A stretch of DNA of 20,000 nucleotides. Origin: Jimgerdemannia flammicorona (taxonomy: Eukaryota). The notes below the pieces were generated by a model, which saw only the letters and a program-made list of their open reading frames with translations, made no database searches and had not been told where the DNA came from. The position numbers and the translations under genes are program-made. The stretch is from NCBI GenBank assembly GCA_003990765.1, contig RBNJ01000005.1, forward strand, positions 48,505 to 68,504. The letters are read 5' to 3'. Below, piece by piece: positions 12,464 to 20,000 of this stretch; positions within the stretch are counted from its first letter, which is position 1, and every line of letters starts with the position of its first letter.

Positions 12464-12526
12464 ATCTATAAATAGCTTAGCAGTCATAGTATAGTTAGAT
12501 TAGCCTTATACAATATGACTGTGAAC

Positions 12527-12660
12527 TGACTCAGCAGTCAGATGATCTCTAGATATGTCAGATCACACCTGTACTATGTAACTACATTCTGACTTAGCAA
12601 GACACTAAGTGCTACATCCATATCTAGCATAGTCCAGATAGCCCCTCACTAGTATAAATA
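12527..12660 (+). promoter_or_regulatory. Main LTR promoter of copy C
   Basis: TGACTCAGC at 12527-12535, TGACTTAGC at 12590-12598, TATAAATA at 12653-12660 followed by a C-rich tract. Confidence 0.6.
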
Positions 12661-12787
12661 CCCCCTCCCCCAGATCTCAGAATCTCAGACTCGAACACAC
12701 CAGAACAATCTGAACACAACTTCTGAGCACTTCTCCACAATATCTCTTCACATAACTACTCCTAGTATAGTAGTATTATAAATAGCA

Positions 12788-12793
12788 AATAAA
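12788..12793 (+). terminator. LTR polyadenylation signal AATAAA
   Basis: Lies 128 nt downstream of the TATA box, is preceded by TAGT-rich sequence, and is conserved in copy A (608-613). Confidence 0.55.
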
Positions 12794-13154
12794 CCTATTT
12801 AATAACCCACAAACCACTCTTAAGTAAATCTGCTCCCTGTTAGGTCCCACTCCTAACCCCATCACAAAATTTCCTAATTGGGTATTGTCTGCAGCGATAT
12901 GCCAATTCAACTAAGCTGGTCTTAGTTTCTTGAGCTTCCTGAAATACAGAAAATCCTGAACATCTAGAACTAGTCCGAAAAAAAACTTTAGTTGAGACAT
13001 CAACCTGATCTTGAAATCAATAAGTGTAGAGGATATACTCTATATGAAATTGATCTTGACCAGAAGAAAACAGTCTTCCAGAATATCCAGAACTTCCAGA
13101 AAACTCTTCCAGAACTATGTAATGGTTACTGTAAAAAGCAACCCTCTTACAACT

Positions 13155-13166
13155 TGGTAGCAGTGG
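13155..13166 (+). other. Primer-binding site, tRNA-iMet type
   Basis: TGGTAGCAGTGG, complementary to a tRNA 3' end ...CUGCUACCA as in eukaryotic initiator Met tRNA; 3 nt after the LTR-terminal CA. Confidence 0.8.
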
Positions 13167-14113
13167 TTTACAATCCAATTCTGCTTCAAGATGCTTCCTC
13201 ACTCCACTATAAACCCTTCTGAGAATTCCTACAAGTTGGTATAAAGCCCAACCTCTGAGCTGGAATTTATCCTGAACCATCTGACAATCTGGAGAGAATT
13301 GAATCTGACATATAAGGACAATTTGACCTCTACACCTGTAACAAGTGGGACAAACTTCACTTAAAGAAAGAAGTACTCTGATTAAATCAGCAAATAGGTG
13401 AAACCCTATTCACCAAACTCCTTGCCCTACACCCAGCAAGTTAAGATGAAGAAGGTCTTATAGAAGCCTTCTTTATCCTTCTCAATAAGAGTTTTATCAG
13501 CTCTATAAATCTGAGCGACCTAGAACAACCAGCAGCAGTCTTTCTAGCCTTAGTCTCTCACGAAGCCCAAGCCTCTGTAGCCAAGTGGCTCAACTCTACC
13601 AACTTTCACCATACTAGGACCAAGACTGCATTATACTACCAATTCCAGAACAGCAAGGCCTGCCATATTCTTAAGGAAGAAGCAAGAGAAACCCTTCATC
13701 AACTATCTGACCCCAAACCAGAAGCAGGCCCTACTACTGCTCTACCTGAATCTGAGACCAACACTGAACCAGAACTTGACTTTGAACTAAGTCCATCTGA
13801 AATCAGATATATAACTGATTCTGTCTACTTTGATACTGAGCAAACCCAATTACATAGGGACCAAACCAAAGAAGAGGAGGAGTATCTCAGTAAATTTGAT
13901 CCCAGATATATCACTGAAGGAGACACACCTCCATCAGGACAGAATACACTGACACAGCAACAGATAGCTATCTATTGAGCCCTCACTCCAGACCCACAAC
14001 TACTACTCCAGCAACTTACACAGACCCAAAGAACTCCATCACACTCTGTACCAGTACCTCAAGTAGTACCAGTAACACCACTACCAGCAGTCCAACTGCC
14101 TCCAGTAAACAAT

Positions 14114-15103
14114 ATGGCAAACCAACAGATTCTAGACCTTACAGCCCAGGTAGCAATAATGGCAGCAACCATTACTGCCTTAGCCAAACAGACCCGACCT
14201 ACCAAAAATCTGAGCCTACCTACCTTCAATGGTACTGCACAAGAAGTCCAAAGCTTCATTAGTATAGTTGACACCAACTTTGAAGCCAATCAACGGACCA
14301 ATGAGTGAGTTGCTGACTGCATTCTGATAAACAATCAAGACCACACTCTGGAACAACTCTTTACTACAACTACAGCCTATGTCCACCAAGTTGTTACATT
14401 CTTCCAAGGACCTGCCAAAGAATGGTAGTGAACCCTTCCTGAAAAACCCCTCACATGGGACACCCAACCTGCAGTAATTGCTCAGAATGTAGCAAATAAT
14501 ACCCCAGGATATAGAGCCCATCCTGTAGCCCCTGGACTCAAATAACTCATGATTGCTCAATACTGCAGTGAAACCATGATTGCTGAATCTCGAGTAAAAC
14601 TCTACAATCTCAAATTTGATGTATATGACAAAGAAGAATTTGAAACCTTCTGTACAAAACTTGAGTCACTCCTGAACACTGTTGGTCTAGGATATATTGC
14701 CAATGATGAAGTATGAAATGGTACAAGAGCAGACCATTTATTTGATGCTCTGCCTGAATGGCTTACTAGAAAAATCCGAGAACAAGACCACCCAGTTGGT
14801 TGTGATCACCAACAATGGTGCTTGGTAAGAATCAAGACTATGGTTAAGCGAATTCTAACAGCTGGACCAATTCTGCCCCGAAGACAATTCAATAACAAGG
14901 AAAAGACTTGGACTAAGTGAGAAGAACCCAAGCATGAAGCATCCCAAGCTCCCTCCACATCCACCTCATGGACACCCAGAAATAATAAACTCACCTAGCT
15001 GAGTACCTTCAAGAAACTCACCAAAGAAGAAAGGAATGAACTTTGAAGAAGCAGAGCATGCTTTTATTGCCAAAAGACAGGACGACATATGGCCAGTGCC
15101 TGC
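14114..15103 (+). pseudogene. gag: Gag (capsid-like region + CCHC zinc knuckle)
   Basis: LPTFNGTAQEVQSFI and FFQGPAKEW(W) capsid-like motifs. Knuckle CFYCQKTGRHMASAC at 15059-15103; copy A has the canonical CX2CX4HX4C spacing. Confidence 0.85.
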
Positions 15104-15181
15104 CCTAACCAAAAACTCCAAACAGCAATATGAGCAACTATTACTACTCTGCACCACCTCAATAATCTAACTACCAGAACA

Positions 15182-15589
15182 CTGGACTTTGTCAAGTTAA
15201 GATAAACTGCTGAGGCCCCAACTAAAGGAAGTCAAAAGGCAGCTGGATATGACCTGTATGCAGTTGAAGAAGCTACAGTTTCCAACTGAGAAGTTAAGTA
15301 AGTCTACACAGGAATCAGTATCCAAATCCCCGAAGGATATATTGGAAGAATATATTGTTGCAGCAGCCTAGCATTGAAAGGACTCTCAGTAGAAGGAGGA
15401 GTCATTGATGAAGATTATACAGGCGAAATTATTGTCCTCATCTGAAACCATAGTTGGACACCCTTCAAGATTCCCATTGATTTCTGCATTGCACAGATCC
15501 TATTTGAAAAAATTGAGTCAACACTGACAGTCAAGAAAGTCCCTGAACTACTACCCACCATCTGAGGATCCAAAGGATTTGGCTCATCA
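15182..15589 (+). pseudogene. dut: Trimeric dUTPase domain, in frame between nucleocapsid and protease
   Basis: All five motifs are present: AGYDLY; GRIYC(R)SSLA; GVIDEDYTGEI; (R)IAQIL; (R)GSKGFGSS. Arg codons appear as TGC/TGA. Confidence 0.95.
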
Positions 15590-15814
15590 AACAAGGCCCC
15601 AGCCTAACCTACCATGAACAAAGAAGAACAATTCTATAAAAAAATCGAAGACGGATATATACCAAGTGGCCGATGCCCCCATGGTATTGGAATGTACTCT
15701 TCCTGAATGATTGATGATTGCTTCTCTTGTATCAACGAACTGGCTCAAAGAAGAACCAACAGAAGGAAAGCTCCTATAACTGAAATCACCACCATTAGAT
15801 CAGACAAACTACTT

Positions 15815-16140
15815 ACACTTCAAGCTTTTGTCAACCGAGCACCTGTCAAGATTATGATAGACAGTGGTGCCTCAGGCAACTTTATCAATGAAGAAACAGC
15901 CAATAGACTCAAGGTCTTCACCTCTCTGGTACAACAAACTCAAGCAGTTGCCACAGCTGATATGTAGAACCTCACATGTCATTAGCAAGAAAGTCTGCAA
16001 TCTACCCTTCTGAATTGGTAACTACCAAGTACATGTTACCCTCCAAATTGTACTGCTTCCTGACAATGAGATCATTCTTGGAACTCTATGGTTAAAACAA
16101 GAGAACCCTATGATCAATTGGGTAAACCATTCTCTGACTA
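15815..16140 (+). pseudogene. Aspartic protease domain
   Basis: MIDSGASGNFI (DSG at 15860-15868) and IILGTLWLKQENPMINW. Confidence 0.92.
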
Positions 16141-16429
16141 TCAAGAAAGGACACCACAACTTCAAACTGCAAGGTGAAAAGGACCCACTCAGTTCTAGTG
16201 ACTCTGGACCAAAGATTACCTACATCAACAAGCTACAGCTCAAGAAATTGGCCAAGAAATGCCCTCTCTTTGCCATCTCCATCCATTCATCCAAAGGAGA
16301 ACCCAAGAACACTGAGGAAGACTTTTCCAAAGTTGACAGCCATGTTAGACCCTTACTCCAGAAATTCTGAGATATATTCCCAAAGAAGCTTCCAAAAGGC
16401 CTATCACCTAAATGAGCAGTAGACCATGC

Positions 16430-17370
16430 CATCAAGACTATCCCAGATGCCAAGCCAGCCTTCAAGTCAATCTACCACATATCGCCAAGAGAAATCAATG
16501 CACTCAAGAAAGAAATTGATGAACTCCTAGAACAAGGATTCATCAGACCCAGTGTATCACCCTATGGTGCACCAGTCCTCTTCATTGTAAAGAAAGGAGA
16601 AGACTTGCAAATGTGCATTGATTATCATGATCTCAATGAACAGACCATCAAGAACTGTTGCCCACTATCCAGAATCGATGAAATATTTGATAGGCTCACC
16701 AACCCACAATTCATGAGCTCTTTTGACCTGTGAAATGGTTACTGGCAAATTGCCATGAAAGAAGAAGACATCTACAAGACAGCCTTCCAAACCTGCTATA
16801 GACACTTTGAGTTCCTGGTTATACCTTTTGGCTTAACTAATGCTTCTGCAACCTTTCAGACACTGATGAACACCATCCTGTATCCATACCTAGACAAATT
16901 CATTGTTGTCTACATTGATGATATCCTAGTCTTCAGCAAAACCCTGGAGGAACATCTTGAACACCTTGAACTAGTACTACTGAAACTCCGAGAAAACTGA
17001 CTCTTTGCAAAACTCAGCAAGTGTGAATTCTTCCTGAAGGAAATTCAATTCCTTAGACACATTGTTATACTAAATAGAATCAAAGTGGACCCCAGCAAAA
17101 TCTCCACAATCAAGGATTGGCCCAGACCTAAGAAGCTGAAAGACCTCCAGTCATTTCTGGGATTAGCAAACTATTACAGGTGATTTGTTGCCAACTTTGC
17201 CAAAATTGCTATGGCCCTCACCCAAATGACCAAGCATAGCAAGAATGAAGAACAGCCCTGGACCATGAAACAAGAGAAAGACTTCAACAATCTTGCAAAT
17301 TAGGGACCCAAACAAGATACAGCCTTTCTAGCACTGAAAGATATCTTGATAATTACTCCAGTACTTCAAG
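16430..17370 (+). pseudogene. Reverse transcriptase and connection domain
   Basis: GFIRPSVSPYGAPVLF, CIDYHDLN, DL(R)[23 protein letters not shown] and YIDD (16911-16922). Confidence 0.97.
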
Positions 17371-17384
17371 TGGCAAACTTTGCC

Positions 17385-17745
17385 CTGCCATATGAAGTTA
17401 CTACAGATGCCTCTGATCTAGCCCTTGGAGCAGTACTCATGTAAGAAGGACACTCTGTGGCCTATTACTCTCGAAAGTTCAATGATACTAAAATCAACTA
17501 TACAACTCACGAGAAGGAAATGTTAGCCATTGTAGACACTCTGATCAAATGGCAACCATATCTAGAAGGAGCACACTTCACTGTATTGACTGATCACAAG
17601 TCATTAGTCAACATCAAGACCCAGGCTACCCTTTCTTGAAAGCAAGCCAGATGGATGAAAGTTCTTACCAACTTTGACTATGAAATCTAGTATCACCCTG
17701 GCAAGAAAAATGTTGTTGCCGATGTGATCTCCAGACTACCAATCG
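17385..17745 (+). pseudogene. RNase H domain
   Basis: VTTDASDLALGAVL, NYTTHEKEMLAIV, LTDHKSL and GKKNVVADVISR. Confidence 0.95.
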
Positions 17746-17899
17746 AAGAAGTTATCCAAACTCTCACCTTGGTTACAAACTCTATCATAGAATAAATTAT
17801 CACAGCATGTGCTGATGATAAAGAAGCTCAAGCACTCTGAGAAATCCTGAGCAGTGACAATGCTGACAAGCATATCTGATACAACCAATACCAACTAAG

Positions 17900-19000
17900 G
17901 GATAATGCTATCTACTACAAGGACAGATTATATGTTCCAAACAACTGAGACCTCCAAAGAACTATCCTATTGATACCATAGCTGGATATTTAGGATTTGA
18001 CAAATGCTATGAAGTTATCTCCCATAACTTCTATTGGCCCCACATGGCAGATCAGCTAAAGACCTACATCACTTCCTGTGATGCCTGCCAATGAAACAAG
18101 TCCTCAACACTAGCAAAACCTGGCTTACTCCACCCTATCCCAGTACCATCTGCTAATTGGGAACAAATCTCTATAAACTTCATTGTACAACTACCCCAAA
18201 CCAAGAACAGAAAAGATGTAATTGTTGTCTTTGTAGACTATCTCAGCAAATCAAGCCCACTTTGTGCCAACTACCACTACTGTAACAGCACAAGATATAG
18301 CTACACTCTTGTTCAACAACATCTTCCACCATCATGGTCTTCCTAAGATCATTGTTAGTAACTGAGATCCGAAATTCACCAGCCATTTTTGGAAAGCCCT
18401 CCATGCACACCTTGGAATGAAGCTTGCACTATCCACAGTCTTTTACCCTGAAACTGATGGCCAAACTGAAAGAATGAACCAAACTCTAGAACAAATACTA
18501 AGGAACTATGTTTCCTACAGATAAGATGATTGATATGAACACCTCACTGCAGTCAAGTTTGCCTACAACAACAGCAAGCAAGCCTCTCTTGGAATGACTC
18601 CATTCTTTGCCAACACTGGACAAAACCCAAACACCCCTCTGACACTCATCTGAACTACTGATGAACTCTCCACAGTTGAAGCTGTTGAAGAATTTCTGCT
18701 CCGAATGCATAATCTAAGCCAGATGGCAATTGAGAATTTATCATGAGCTCAAGAACAACAGTCACAATATATTAACCAACACTGCTGAGAAGAAATCTTT
18801 GATATTGAAGAAAAAGTTCTACTAGATATCTGAGGATACTGAGTTGACAACCTCAAGTACAGACTATCTACAAAGCTGAACAGCAAGTTTATTGGACCAT
18901 TCGAAGTCATTGCACAAGTCTCTCTGACCTTCTACAAATTGGCACTACCAGACACCATTAAGATTCACCTAGTCTTCAATGTCCAATGTCTCAAGCGATA
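17900..19000 (+). pseudogene. Integrase (HHCC partly deleted, DDE core, GPF)
   Basis: CDAC, I(D)FIVQLP, VS(D)(R)DPKF, TDGQTERMNQTLEQILR and KFIGPFEV. Confidence 0.95.
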
Positions 19001-19079
19001 CAATGAGAATAATGATGAGTTATTCCCAAACTGGACCACCAAACCACCTGCACCTGTCATTATTAATGATCAAGAAGAA

Positions 19080-19223
19080 TATGAAGTTGAACAAATCCTC
19101 AACAAATGTGGCCACAAGAACCACCCCGAGTACCTTATTAAATGGAAAGGTTACCCAATCCATGATGCAACCTGGGAACCCAAAACCAATCTCCAGAATA
19201 CAACTGACTTAGTTCAGGAATAT
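19080..19223 (+). pseudogene. Chromodomain at the integrase C terminus
   Basis: YEVEQILNK...EYLIKWKGYPIHDATWEPKTNL, with the aromatic cage residues intact. Confidence 0.95.
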
Positions 19224-19237
19224 GATTCCTTGAATAA

Positions 19238-19633
19238 CTGAAACCCGAACACTTCTGCACCTATTGGTTCATACTATATATTGCCCTCCTGAACATTATA
19301 ATTATCACAAACAAAATCAAGAACTCAGCAAGTCAAGACAAAAAAGAATACCAACCCTCTGAAAAAAAAGCAAAACTGAAAGCAAGCCTATTCTCCCCAT
19401 ACCACTGGTGGGAAATGAGGTGTAGATATTTAAAAAGATTTCTTAGAGGAAATTCTCCAGCAGTGAATGATGTCAGAATCACTTCTGGTGTACAGCATCA
19501 AACACATGATCCTTTAATGTGTGAATCCAATGCATTAGGCACCTGTATTATGAGCATACTACTTTCTGAGAAAAATGGACTTCACTGGACTTTTGATCTT
19601 CTAAATGGTGTAATAACACTAGAACAAAATTAG
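19238..19633 (+). other. Putative small ORF in the env position with an N-terminal hydrophobic segment (start codon not identified)
   Basis: 131 sense codons without a stop: LKPEHFCTYWFILYIALLNIIIITNKIKN...PYHWWEMRCRYLKRFLRGN...TLEQN*. Homologous DNA is present in copies A (7923-8300) and B (10173-10577). Confidence 0.45.
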
Positions 19634-19660
19634 AAGGCCCCAATGAGGATGTCAAAAGCT

Positions 19661-19673
19661 AAGAAGGGGAGAG
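19661..19673 (+). other. Polypurine tract, copy C
   Basis: AAGAAGGGGAGAG followed by T-TGTAAG. Confidence 0.9.
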
Positions 19674-19674
19674 T

Positions 19675-19983
19675 TGTAAGTGTGCAACCTCCAAGCCACT
19701 GAAATCACATGTGACCTCTGAACAAATCTGGAAATCACCTGCACAATCATGAAGCTGAGTCAAACTGAAGTCACAGCATACAAAGCTGAGTCAATATGAA
19801 ATCACGGAATACAAGATTCACACAAATAGAATCTTACTAATCAGGACCAAATGCATATATACTGAGCACCAAGATGCATCAAAACAGAGAACCAAAACAA
19901 ACAACAATCATAACTTCTAAATATACACAAATATGACCACTGAGATTTACAACCACATCCATGCTGATATTTGGAATACCATT
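19675..19983 (+). repeat. 3' LTR of copy C (5' ~309 bp, interrupted by poly(T))
   Basis: Gap-free alignment to 11111-11419; includes ATG 19933 of the LTR ORF. Confidence 0.93.
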
Positions 19984-19999
19984 TTTTTTTTTTTTTTTT
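19982..19999 (-). repeat. Poly(T)18, probably the poly(A) tail of a minus-strand non-LTR insertion
   Basis: The LTR should continue ...CCATTGTCAAC but switches to a T run. The rest lies outside the window. Confidence 0.5.
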
Positions 20000-20000
20000 A

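Larger units (their letters stand above)
11111..13151 (+). repeat. 5' LTR of copy C (~2041 bp)
   Basis: The start TATAAG (mutated TGTAAG) is fixed by the post-PPT starts at 8335, 10619 and 19675. The end CTTACA (13146-13151) is the inverted repeat of TGTAAG and is followed after 3 nt by a TGG-starting PBS. No complete 3' LTR is in the window to confirm the end directly. Confidence 0.85.
12899..19241 (+). pseudogene. Single gag-dUTPase-pol polyprotein frame (~2100 codons), inactivated
   Basis: ORF-track pieces 12992, 14114 and 15707 share the frame of ATG 12899. Pieces 16110, 16755, 17457 and 18939 share a frame after a 1-nt insertion at ~15963. Internal stops are mostly CGA/CAA/CAG/TGG-derived; further indels at ~17970 and ~18251. 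Confidence 0.93.
11111..19983 (+). mobile_element. Ty3/gypsy chromovirus copy C, near full length (best preserved)
   Basis: 5' LTR, PBS, gag-dUTPase-PR-RT-RH-IN-chromodomain (gypsy domain order), PPT and partial 3' LTR. The two LTRs differ only by transitions over ~309 aligned nt. Confidence 0.97.

Noticed and set aside
12839-12890. ATCACA (12861-12866) as the LTR end with a self-priming PBS; GTTAGG/CCTAAC hairpin
   Set aside because: The CA is not conserved in copy A and there is no clean complementarity to the presumed transcript start. A 6-bp stem is too short to support a claim.
15059-15103. Atypical CX2CX5HX4C zinc knuckle
   Set aside because: Caused by a 3-nt GAC duplication seen only in copy C; copy A has canonical spacing.
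15955-15975. Frame change between gag-dUTPase-PR and the rest of pol as a programmed ribosomal frameshift
   Set aside because: It falls mid-protease (expected ADGRTSH), has no slippery heptamer, and copy A has a different indel there, so it is most likely decay.
11568-18710. Minus-strand and off-frame ORFs of the track (11568, 11985, 12007, 13017, 13975, 14059, 14216, 14806, 14966, 16174, 16220, 18498)
   Set aside because: They overlap the recognised + strand frames and have no motifs, so they are shadow ORFs. The same applies to 6671..6889 and 18979..19212.
12899-19241. Alternative genetic code or stop readthrough explaining the many in-frame TGA/TAA/TAG
   Set aside because: Stops differ between copies and map to CGA/CAA/CAG/TGG codons alongside frameshifts, so they are mutational.
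19239-19241. Pol stop differing among copies (TAG, TAA, TGA) as a sign of an ancestral TGG and fusion to the downstream ORF
   Set aside because: In both B and C the downstream hydrophobic frame is offset by 32 nt (not in frame), so fusion is unsupported without a consensus.

Overview
Eukaryotic, most likely fungal, AT-rich repeat DNA with no host gene. It holds three same-orientation (+) copies of one decayed Ty3/gypsy chromovirus family. Copy A (1-~8668) is the most decayed, copy B (~8670-11110) is a 3' fragment, and copy C (11111-19983) is near full length and sits inside the 3' LTR of B. A poly(A)-tailed non-LTR insertion (7037-7908) interrupts copy A, and a poly(T) run cuts off the 3' LTR of C at the window end. 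All copies are inactivated by C>T/G>A hypermutation with a strong CpG bias. Manual comparison of the copies reconstructs an unusual element. (1) The ~2.04-kb LTR (TGTAAG...CTTACA, followed by a tRNA-iMet-type PBS) carries in U3 a ~365-codon ORF of unknown function with its own promoter-like module. (2) A single ~2100-codon polyprotein frame starts inside the LTR, has a ~400-aa unrecognised N-terminal extension, and then reads Gag/CCHC - dUTPase - Cys/His motif - PR - RT - RNaseH - IN - chromodomain. (3) A ~130-codon stop-free frame with a hydrophobic segment lies between pol and the PPT, the env position. All alignments and counts were done by eye; no database search was run.
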